From the sequence record MK250019.1: DNA of 64,000 bases; one strand, given 5' to 3'. Below the pieces are notes generated by a model, which was not told where the DNA came from, ran no database searches, and saw only the letters and a program-made list of their open reading frames with translations. Shown piece by piece: positions 21,914 through 30,538 of the stretch. Numbering within the stretch: the stretch's first letter is position 1; each line of letters starts with the position of its first letter. A program made the translations under genes and the position numbers.

Positions 21914-22858
21914 ATGAGTGATTTTAAAACATTATTCGGACAAACAAATAATAATCAAGACGAGAAAAAGAATGATATTATTTCTGAACAGAATAATACA
22001 TCTGTAGATGATTCTAATATACAATCAAAGAATACAAATTCACAAGTAATTAATACTACAACTGATGGCAAATATGAATGTGAAGATGTAGATGTATTTA
22101 ATTTTGTAAATATCAATAAATCATTTGGTGATTTTAAGTTATTTGACAATCTTAATCTTACAATTAAAGACTTTAAAGATGAGGGACAATTCATTACATT
22201 TATAGGTCAATCTGGATGTGGGAAAACTCAGCTTCTTAAGATGATCTCAGGAATCTCAAAACCTGATTCCGGTAAGATTATGTTATATGGTAAGGAAATT
22301 AAAGAATCTGATAATATACCTATGGTATTTCAGCAGTATTCAAGTTTTGAATGGATGACTGTTCTAGAAAATATCGCATTACCTATGAAACTTGCTGGTA
22401 TTGATAAGAAAACGCGTGAAGAAAGAGCACGTAAAATTATTAATCTTATAGGTCTAGATGGTAGTGAAAATAAGTATTGTAGATATGGTGTATTATCTGG
22501 TGGTATGTTGCAACGAGCATCAATAGGTAGAGCATTAGCATGTGATTCGAAACTATTGATGTTAGATGAATATTCATCTGGTCTTGATTATTTTACAAAA
22601 TTTGAACTTCAAGATTTGCTTCTTAAAATTTTCAATAATAGAGATGTTGACAGAACATTTCTTATGGTAACACATGATATTTCAGAGGCAGTTTACCTTT
22701 CTAATAGAATTTATATTTTGGAACCAAATCCATGTAGAATTAAGGATATTATCGATATTAAATTCAGTCAACCACGAACACAAGCTATTCGTGAAACAGA
22801 TGAATTTAAAGACTATTACGCAAAAGTTTTAAAGGCATTAAATGAAACTGTTAAATAA
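21914..22858 (+). CDS. ABC transporter ATP-binding protein (SsuB/TauB-like)
   Basis: Walker A GQSGCGKT, signature LSGGM, Walker B LLMLDE, and H-loop MVTHDISEA. Confidence 0.92.
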   Translation: MSDFKTLFGQTNNNQDEKKNDIISEQNNTSVDDSNIQSKNTNSQVINTTTDGKYECEDVDVFNFVNINKSFGDFKLFDNLNLTIKDFKDEGQFITFIGQSGCGKTQLLKMISGISKPDSGKIMLYGKEIKESDNIPMVFQQYSSFEWMTVLENIALPMKLAGIDKKTREERARKIINLIGLDGSENKYCRYGVLSGGMLQRASIGRALACDSKLLMLDEYSSGLDYFTKFELQDLLLKIFNNRDVDRTFLMVTHDISEAVYLSNRIYILEPNPCRIKDIIDIKFSQPRTQAIRETDEFKDYYAKVLKALNETVK

Positions 22859-22863
22859 ATTAT

Positions 22864-23175
22864 ATGGTATTTTCAGAATTAACAAATAATAATACAGTTA
22901 CTATATATACAAAAAATGAGGTAAATACTTATTTTGTAAAACGAATAGAATCTAATGATATTTCAACAAATGTCATATTAGAAGACTATAATTATATGAT
23001 TACAGTTCCAAGAGATGTATCATTTTATATAATACATATAAATAATGATATTTCTATTATCACATGTGACAATAGAATAATTGAGTTAATTAATACGGTT
23101 AAGAGATTAACAAAAAATTCTATAGGTCTTCAACTAAATGAACTATTTGGAAATGTATTCAAAACAAATATTTAA
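22864..23175 (+). CDS. Hypothetical protein
   Basis: 103-aa ORF followed by a terminator hairpin. Confidence 0.5.
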   Translation: MVFSELTNNNTVTIYTKNEVNTYFVKRIESNDISTNVILEDYNYMITVPRDVSFYIIHINNDISIITCDNRIIELINTVKRLTKNSIGLQLNELFGNVFKTNI

Positions 23176-23263
23176 TTATAAATCATGGGTATTTTTTATC
23201 CATGATTTTTTTATTTTGAATAAAATATGTATCTTTGTATTATTAATAAAATAATTAATTATT

Positions 23264-23788
23264 ATGAAGCAGTCTAAATTGTATACTAAGAATGAAGGAG
23301 GAAATTGTCATAGAGGTCATAATCATGGTTCTGAAAAGAAATACAGATCTCGATATGATAGACATAAAAAGATTACAAAATTTGAAATTGATAATGAAAT
23401 AACAAGGAAGAAATCTCATTATAATAAAAATAAACGAACAAATTATGATTATGGACCTCTATATAATTACTTACTTAAACAAGTAGGAAAGAAATGGGAA
23501 ACTGTATGGAAAGATATATTTCCACGTGTTGATAACAATCCTGAACCTATTGTATATATGGTTATAAATATAAATACACATGGAATTGTTATTACACATG
23601 ATATAAGTAATGCAGAACCTATGTTTAATTGTTCATTATATAATAATGGTGTTCGTTCTTATTCAACATTATATGTTGATGAAAATGATATATTACAATT
23701 TGTTGATAAAGATTTCAAACCCAATGATAGATATGAAGGTCTTGGCTTTGGACAATCTTTCAATGGAAAAGAAATTTCTACCATATAA
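23264..23788 (+). CDS. Hypothetical early protein
   Basis: 174-aa ORF behind TATCTTTG at 23230. Confidence 0.6.
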   Translation: MKQSKLYTKNEGGNCHRGHNHGSEKKYRSRYDRHKKITKFEIDNEITRKKSHYNKNKRTNYDYGPLYNYLLKQVGKKWETVWKDIFPRVDNNPEPIVYMVININTHGIVITHDISNAEPMFNCSLYNNGVRSYSTLYVDENDILQFVDKDFKPNDRYEGLGFGQSFNGKEISTI

Positions 23789-23862
23789 TTTTTTTATTTG
23801 GAATAAAAGGTGTATCTTTGTATTGTTAATGAAATAATAAACAATTAAAAATATAAAGAAAA

Positions 23863-24189
23863 ATGAGAGCAAATTTCACAACAGTTATCAAAAAGAGAGC
23901 AATTAAGAATGTACCAGCATTTCATGAGTTCTCTATGAGACAGATTAAGGTTATTAGTAATTCAGCTAATTATCCAAATTCTGTTACATTGTCTATGGAC
24001 ATTTATTGTGATAATGTTGATGGATATATTTTCAATAATGCATCTACAAATGAGCAATATGCACTTACTGCAATTCAACTCAGTGAAGCATTACAGAAGA
24101 TGATAAATAATAGAAAATGTTATAAGCCTAATAGTGAATCTGATTTACTTAGACTTACATTTGATATTATTGAATCTTTTAAATTTTAA
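23863..24189 (+). CDS. Hypothetical early protein
   Basis: 108-aa ORF behind TATCTTTG at 23813. Confidence 0.6.
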   Translation: MRANFTTVIKKRAIKNVPAFHEFSMRQIKVISNSANYPNSVTLSMDIYCDNVDGYIFNNASTNEQYALTAIQLSEALQKMINNRKCYKPNSESDLLRLTFDIIESFKF

Positions 24190-24431
24190 TTGATTTAATG
24201 TAGACAATAATAAGATATTAGTATATAATATATAAATTGTTTAATGAAACAAATTAATGAATTTAAAATTAAATTNNNNNNNNNNNNNNNNNNNNNNNNN
24301 NAATTAATAATAAATAACATATAAATAATATAACAATTAAAAACAAACGCTTATTTAATTTTCGTAGCGTTATGGATAAGTTGAATGAAAATTCAGAAAT
24401 TCCTTTTAGGACGAAGATACTAGTTATGTAT

Positions 24432-24517
24432 GCCAAGATGGTGGAATAGGTAGACACGCTAGACTTAAAATCTCGTGGACTGAAAAGTCCGTACGGGTTC
24501 GAGTCCCGTTCTTGGTA
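24432..24517 (+). tRNA. trnL: tRNA-Leu(TAA), CCA not encoded
   Basis: Acceptor GCCAAGA/TCTTGGT, D-arm GTGGAATAGGTAGACAC, anticodon loop CT-TAA-AA (24466-24468), long variable arm GGAC/GTCC, T-arm ACGGG-TTCGAGT-CCCGT. Followed by CAA, then a 13-bp terminator hairpin. Confidence 0.93.
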
Positions 24518-24573
24518 CAAAAATTATTATAGAGAATAAACAACATATGTTTATTCTCTATTTTTTATATAAT

Positions 24574-25350
24574 ATGGCATATATAAATTTACATAAAATA
24601 TCTGATACTTTATATAAATGTGATTGTGGAAAAGAATTTAATTCTGCACGTTCATTAGCATCTCATGCTAGATTTTGTAATTAGTATATAAAAGTAGATA
24701 AAACGACAATATATAAACAAAATGATGTATATAAATGTGAATGTGGTAACACATTTAAAAATTATTAGAGTTTTAATGCACATTTATCACATTGTGATAT
24801 TCATCATAATTATAATAATACTACAAGAAAATTAAGACCATCTGAATTATATCATACAATGTCATGGGATAATAAATCATTATTTGAAATAGAAATGATT
24901 AGATAGAGATCTGGACAAACATTTTCAAAAAAACAAAAAGCTGGAGAAATAATTAATTGGTGGAAAAATAGGCATTTAACAAATTTACATAAATTACATA
25001 TACGCGAAGGTATGTTAAATTATTTAGATAATTTATATGATACACATATATAGGCGCATTATAATAAAAAATCTATTTAGTTTATAAATGATTTAAATCT
25101 AAAAAATAATTGGCATTTACAACATGCTGAAAACGGAGGAGAAATACGTTGTTTAGGATATTTTTTAGATGGATATGATAAGGAAAAAAATATTGTATTT
25201 GAATATGATGAATCTAGACATTATATAGATGTTTATAATAATATATTAAGTAAAAAAGATATAGAACGACAAAATAACATTATTGATAAATTACATTGTC
25301 AATTTTGGAGATATAATGAAAAAATAAAATTATTATATAGAGTATATTAA
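24574..25350 (+). CDS. Free-standing homing-endonuclease-like protein (two Zn fingers + EDxHD/Vsr-like nuclease), 5 in-frame TAG
   Basis: YKCDCGKEF...HARFC and YKCECGNTF...HLSHC; C-terminal FLDGYDKEKNIVFEYDESRHY. Absent from the standard-code track. Confidence 0.72.
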
Positions 25351-25352
25351 TC

Positions 25353-26489
25353 ATGATTACAATAACAGAACAATATATAAAGGATTATAAAGATAAGTTA
25401 GATAAAATAGCAAAGTCATTCGATTTGGATAAACAGAAGATAATCGTTGAAGAATTATCTATTAAAGTTTCAGCACCAGATTTTTGGGATGATTTTGAAA
25501 ATGCAACAACTATTACAAAGGAACTTAATACAGCAAAAGAAAAAATTAAAGATGTTTCACATATCAATATATTAATAGATGATCTTGAAACTGCTTTAAT
25601 GTATTATAAAGAGTTTGAAGGTAAGGATGAAGAAGAACTTGTTAATCTTGCTAATGATGAATTAATTAAAGAATTTAAAATATTTGAAAACAAATATAGA
25701 TTTGTAGATCCGACTGATTCATTGGGAGCAGTATTAGATATTAATGCAGGTGCAGGTGGAACAGAAGCAAATGATTGGGCAAATATGTTATTCAGAATGT
25801 ATGATATGTGGGCTAAATCAAATGGTTATAAATTTAAGATTTTATATTATTCAGAAGGTGATAAAGTAGGTATTAAAAATGTATCTATTGAAATTACCGG
25901 TAATAATGCATATGGTACATTAAAAGGTGAAACTGGTGTTCATCGTCTTGTTCGTGTTTCTCCTTATAATGCGCAGGGAAAGAGAATGACAAGTTTTGCG
26001 GCAGTTTCTGTTGTTCCGTTGGTAGATAATTCAATTAAAGTTGAAATTGATGAGTCTAAATTAACAATAGATACATTTAGATCTTCTGGTGCCGGTGGAC
26101 AAAATGTTAATAAAGTTGAATCAGGTGTACGTGTAAATTATATGTATACAGATCCTGATACAGGTGAAACTGAAAAGATTCAGGTTGCAAATACAGAAAC
26201 GCGTGATCAACCAAAAAATAAGGAACGTGCAATGCAAATTCTTAAATCTATTCTTTATAAAAAAGCGTTAGATAAACAGCTTGCAAAGAAAAAGGAAATT
26301 GAAGATGCTAAACTAAAAAATGAATGGGGTGCACAGATTAGATCTTATGTATTTGATGATAAGCGTGTAAAGGATCATCGTACTGGTTATCAAACAACTG
26401 ATGTAGATTCTGTTATGAATGGAAATTTAAATGGATTTATAGAATCTTATAATAATTGGATAATTGAGCAGGAAAATAATAAACTTTAA
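25353..26489 (+). CDS. prfB: Peptide chain release factor 2
   Basis: AGAGGTEANDWA, GETGVHRLVRVSPY (RF2 SPF-type anticodon), SGAGGQNVNK, WGAQIRSYV. Continuous ORF with no internal frameshift site. Confidence 0.95.
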   Translation: MITITEQYIKDYKDKLDKIAKSFDLDKQKIIVEELSIKVSAPDFWDDFENATTITKELNTAKEKIKDVSHINILIDDLETALMYYKEFEGKDEEELVNLANDELIKEFKIFENKYRFVDPTDSLGAVLDINAGAGGTEANDWANMLFRMYDMWAKSNGYKFKILYYSEGDKVGIKNVSIEITGNNAYGTLKGETGVHRLVRVSPYNAQGKRMTSFAAVSVVPLVDNSIKVEIDESKLTIDTFRSSGAGGQNVNKVESGVRVNYMYTDPDTGETEKIQVANTETRDQPKNKERAMQILKSILYKKALDKQLAKKKEIEDAKLKNEWGAQIRSYVFDDKRVKDHRTGYQTTDVDSVMNGNLNGFIESYNNWIIEQENNKL

Positions 26490-26594
26490 TATATATTCAT
26501 TATATAAGTATTTAATGAATTATTTTTCTATTTAAATAAAAATGTGTATCTTTGTATTGTTAATGAAATAATAAACAGTTAAAAATATAAAGAT

Positions 26595-26813
26595 ATGAAA
26601 ATTAAGGTTGGTAGAAATAATGAGTTCGTAGAACTTGAAGAATATGATTCAATTGTAATTATTGATGATAATGGTCATGAATTTCGTATCTCACCTACAC
26701 AGAAATGTTGGGGTAAGGGTTTTGAAATTAATGATCCTGATGGAAGTTTGGTAATTCGTCCATGTGTATCTAATGAAGTAATGGTATTCTCATCTTCAGA
26801 TGTTGGTTTGTAA
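26595..26813 (+). CDS. Small hypothetical early protein
   Basis: ORF behind TATCTTTG at 26547. Confidence 0.55.
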   Translation: MKIKVGRNNEFVELEEYDSIVIIDDNGHEFRISPTQKCWGKGFEINDPDGSLVIRPCVSNEVMVFSSSDVGL

Positions 26814-26892
26814 ATTATAACTTTCATTAATAACACAATCACAATAATTATTATTTTACAGTTTGATTTTAAACTAAATTTAATTATTATAT

Positions 26893-27444
26893 ATGAGTTG
26901 TCATACTTGGGTTTACAAACGTATTGATTCAATGTCTCGTGAAGAGATTAATCAAGAAATTGATTGTGTTATTAATGAACGTTTATCTCGTGCATACATG
27001 AGTGAAAATGAAGATGAATATGCAAATAAAATGGTTAAGTTAACAAAAGACAGTTCAATTTCTCCATTATCATATTCAGATGCAATTAAACGATATAAAG
27101 AAGCACGATATGAAACATCACTTATTGTAAAGAAATTACATGAAGCTAAACGTACAGGTGATTTATCTCTTATAACAGATATAAATGGATTTGATACAGC
27201 TGAAAATAATACATATCTATTTTTATGTAATGATATGCCATTTAGATGTTATGAATATACATATAAACAATGTCATAATAAAGATGAACTTATTGAATTT
27301 GTACATACAGTTGAGCCAAATAATATTGCAATATATGATGAAAATAATAATCAACATATAGGTATTCCTGAAGACATAGATGAACGAATATCTGATTTTT
27401 TTGATAAACATGGTATTAACAATTTATTAATTGAATTTGGTTGA
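26893..27444 (+). CDS. Hypothetical protein
   Basis: 183-aa TAG-free ORF with TGA stop. Confidence 0.6.
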   Translation: MSCHTWVYKRIDSMSREEINQEIDCVINERLSRAYMSENEDEYANKMVKLTKDSSISPLSYSDAIKRYKEARYETSLIVKKLHEAKRTGDLSLITDINGFDTAENNTYLFLCNDMPFRCYEYTYKQCHNKDELIEFVHTVEPNNIAIYDENNNQHIGIPEDIDERISDFFDKHGINNLLIEFG

Positions 27445-27445
27445 T

Positions 27446-27898
27446 ATGAGAACAAATATAGATTTATATACTATTGCAATGAACTATACAAATTGTAATA
27501 TTGAACTTGATTCATTTTCATTACTTTGTTGTCTTGATGAAATAGGATTTACATATCCAAAAACAAACAAATATTTAAATGTTGGTGCATGTAGGAATTT
27601 AAGAGAATTTAATGAAATACATGATAAAATATATTATTATATGATTTATGATTTTCTACGTTCTACATATGGTATTTCAGTAACATTTTTTGAAGGTAAA
27701 TCTATTTCTTATAACGAACGAGGTGTAATAGAAAAAGTTGAAATTGAAGGAATGGATAAAGAATCTGACATATATATGATTATATCAAATATGGTATTTG
27801 ATAATATTGATGTAGCATATAAGACTGTTGCACATATGATTGTATCAGATTTAAATTGGAGACATATTCAAAAGAAAAATTTTTCTAAGATAAAATAA
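27446..27898 (+). CDS. Hypothetical protein (paralog family with 53895 and 55851)
   Basis: ATG 27446 chosen over TTG 27431; similar architecture to the other two members. Confidence 0.55.
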   Translation: MRTNIDLYTIAMNYTNCNIELDSFSLLCCLDEIGFTYPKTNKYLNVGACRNLREFNEIHDKIYYYMIYDFLRSTYGISVTFFEGKSISYNERGVIEKVEIEGMDKESDIYMIISNMVFDNIDVAYKTVAHMIVSDLNWRHIQKKNFSKIK

Positions 27899-27968
27899 GA
27901 CTTTATTATTAAACACATATATAAAGAATAATTAATTTAACATATTAACTTTTAAATTTAGATTTAGC

Positions 27969-28532
27969 ATGGGATTATTTGAACTTTTTAATAAGAAAAA
28001 TGCTGCAGATGTAAGTACATTGTTTACAGATGAAAATAAAGTTTCTATTTCAGCAGCAGATGCATATAAGAAGTCTCGCTATGGTATCTTGAAATCTGAT
28101 AAGATGATGCTTGAGGAATTCTTTACAGATGTAAAACTTATGGTAGAGCAGAAGAATATGGAGCGTAGTTATTGTGGTATGCTTCAGCTTGATGATGACA
28201 TTATTAAGTTTCTTCCTCGTATTAAGGATCGATTAATGCGTCAACTTGGATTTAAGGTAATCATTCTTGATGATAATTCTGTTATTACAAATAAAGAATT
28301 GAAGTCAGAAGATACAATTAAAACAGGTAGTACATTTGTTTTGCTTGTATGGAATAAACAGGCAATTGAGGAAGTTGAAGAAATGAAAGCAAACAATTTG
28401 TTGGAACCTATTTCAGATGACTCATCAATTGCAACAGAAACAGTAGATTCGATTAAGGATGAAAAGAAAGAGGAAATAACTCCTGCTATTTCTGGAAATT
28501 CTAATCCTATTAAGAAACATCTTAATAGTTAA
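27969..28532 (+). CDS. Hypothetical protein
   Basis: 187-aa TAG-free ORF with host-like codon usage. Confidence 0.65.
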   Translation: MGLFELFNKKNAADVSTLFTDENKVSISAADAYKKSRYGILKSDKMMLEEFFTDVKLMVEQKNMERSYCGMLQLDDDIIKFLPRIKDRLMRQLGFKVIILDDNSVITNKELKSEDTIKTGSTFVLLVWNKQAIEEVEEMKANNLLEPISDDSSIATETVDSIKDEKKEEITPAISGNSNPIKKHLNS

Positions 28533-28571
28533 AAAAATTGTTAAAATATAGACTTTTTAAGTATTAAGACA

Positions 28572-28815
28572 TATAAATAATAAGAAGAGAAAAATGGTGA
28601 TTATATGATTATACATAAGATGCTTTTTAATTATCCTTAGTTTTTAAATGTATAATCATTTCCGTTTAAATGTTTTGGTTTTGGATAATTAACAATCATT
28701 TAAACAAATTAAAAAGAAGGGAGTGTTTATCACTTAGATAAACACAAAAGAAGAAAAGGAAAGATAGATGATAAGGGTGAAAGTCGTTGTGATAACGGTT
28801 TTCACTCATTTTTTT
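28572..28815 (+). ncRNA. Candidate structured ncRNA with kissing-loop architecture
   Basis: TATAAATA at 28572. Stems 28605-16/28648-59 (12 bp) and 28664-72/28697-705 (9 bp) have complementary loops 28627-36/28683-92 (10 bp). Hairpin 28723-45; terminator 28775-28815. Confidence 0.6.
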
Positions 28816-28897
28816 ATTATTTAATATTTTTATATTTAAATAAAAATGTGTATCTTTGTAATATACTATAATAGTAATTATTAAAATTAATTTATAT

Positions 28898-30487
28898 ATG
28901 AAATATTTGTTGAATTGGATCGAAAAAGAATTAAATCCAGAACGGCATGTAAGTTCAAAAACAACATCATCTGAATATTTTTATTTTTATGGTGCAAAAG
29001 TTCGATTTGCTGATCATATTTCAGATAGAAATGATAGTGATTTGGAAATTATATTAGTAAAGGATTTAACTGGTCAAAATAAACATTATCTGATAAAAGA
29101 ACAGAATTATCCTGCAATGGTATCTGTTCCTGATGTAAAAACTTTAAAAATTGTATTATCTACATTTATATTCCAATTTAAGAATAGATATTCAGATAAT
29201 ATAGTAAAAGAAGCAAATAAGTCAGAAGAGAATAAAAAAATATTAAATACTTGTTTAAATCAGCTACGTTCAAATAATAATGCTAATTTAGATATATTTC
29301 AAACATTTGATAAATGCATTTATAGTATTATTCCTCAATGGCATAATATGAAACAAATATATAAAATTATATTCATGCATTTATTTAAATTATGTGGTGA
29401 TATTGACAGTATTAAGAATATTATTGATGTAGAATTTCCAAATGATAACCAAAATGATTGGCATCATAAGAATACTAATGATATTATTAATATATTAGTA
29501 ACATATTTTCCTGATGATTATAATATCAGAAATATTATTGGATTAGACGAAACTATTAGTCCTAAAGAAAAATTTGCTAATTGTTTTAATGAATACTATA
29601 AGAATCTTGATATTAATATAGAAGATATGAAGGAAGAAGATAAATCTAAATTCTTAAATGCATTTGGAAGTCTTCTTGCATTAGATACAAAAAATAAATA
29701 TGCTAAATGTTCAGATCATCAAAAGAAGTATATCCGTTCATTACTTAATGAACATATATCATATGATAATATTTTGAAATTTGTGAATAGTATATTTGAT
29801 GTTATGTTTACACCAAAGATGAAACATAAAAACGATGCGCCACAAATGAAAGTTATTGTTGATAAATTCTTGCGGTTGTATAATATTGGAATTATTAAAT
29901 TCCCAAATGAATATGACTTTGATTCTACTTATAACAATAATTTTAATCATATTGATGTAACACAGGAAGAATCTACTGATATTGAAAAAACTACTGATGA
30001 TACTACTATTAGTGAAAATATAGAAGTAACAGAAGTTAAAGAACCATGTAATGATATTCAATATGAAACTATAGTAGATTATATTCCTGATACTGATATT
30101 ACTATTAAAGATTCATATAATTATGCATCTACAGAATTTGATGATATTCAAGATATTCATGAAATGTTTGAACATAATCAAATTAATATACTTAATGATG
30201 TAATTAAGAAAATTAATGATACCAATAAGTATACATCATTTGAAACTAGACGTATTACTGATATATTTGCATCACATTATTCAGATATATGGGAGAAACT
30301 TACATGGACACAAAAAGAACTTTGCTCATCTATTATAACAAATGAACGAATGAATTTGAGTGAAACTGATTATATTATCAATAAAATATTTGATAAAACA
30401 TCGTTTAATTTCCCTGTAACGGAACTTTGTCGTAAATATATAAAAGAATATAGTCAACGTATAAAGGAGAGCCGTATGGCTGCTTAA
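28898..30487 (+). CDS. Hypothetical protein (529 aa)
   Basis: TAG-free ORF behind TATCTTTG at 28851; followed by hairpin AAATAGGATAGAT...ATCTATCCTATTT. Confidence 0.7.
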   Translation: MKYLLNWIEKELNPERHVSSKTTSSEYFYFYGAKVRFADHISDRNDSDLEIILVKDLTGQNKHYLIKEQNYPAMVSVPDVKTLKIVLSTFIFQFKNRYSDNIVKEANKSEENKKILNTCLNQLRSNNNANLDIFQTFDKCIYSIIPQWHNMKQIYKIIFMHLFKLCGDIDSIKNIIDVEFPNDNQNDWHHKNTNDIINILVTYFPDDYNIRNIIGLDETISPKEKFANCFNEYYKNLDINIEDMKEEDKSKFLNAFGSLLALDTKNKYAKCSDHQKKYIRSLLNEHISYDNILKFVNSIFDVMFTPKMKHKNDAPQMKVIVDKFLRLYNIGIIKFPNEYDFDSTYNNNFNHIDVTQEESTDIEKTTDDTTISENIEVTEVKEPCNDIQYETIVDYIPDTDITIKDSYNYASTEFDDIQDIHEMFEHNQINILNDVIKKINDTNKYTSFETRRITDIFASHYSDIWEKLTWTQKELCSSIITNERMNLSETDYIINKIFDKTSFNFPVTELCRKYIKEYSQRIKESRMAA

Positions 30488-30538
30488 AATAAGAAATAGG
30501 ATAGATATACTAATACAGTTATCTATCCTATTTTATTT

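Noticed and set aside
18948-22194. Minus-strand ORFs opposite the ABC module
   Set aside because: They are antisense shadows of well-supported plus-strand genes, with no motifs.
24340-24430. Short stems and a small ORF upstream of tRNA-Leu
   Set aside because: The stems are only 3-6 bp, lie next to an N-gap, and the ORF runs into the tRNA; insufficient support.
24432-24517. tRNA with TAA anticodon as a possible stop-codon suppressor
   Set aside because: Anticodon UAA reads UUA (Leu). A TAG suppressor needs CUA; none was found in the window.
24518-24570. Theta/HDV-like ribozyme after the tRNA
   Set aside because: The downstream sequence is a simple 13-bp terminator hairpin (ATAGAGAATAAAC/GTTTATTCTCTAT), with no nested double pseudoknot.
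18878-28577. Third promoter class GACTTT-N12-14-ATATAAA (about 18878, 27898, 28551)
   Set aside because: Spacing is variable and complexity low; it cannot be separated from background without motif statistics.
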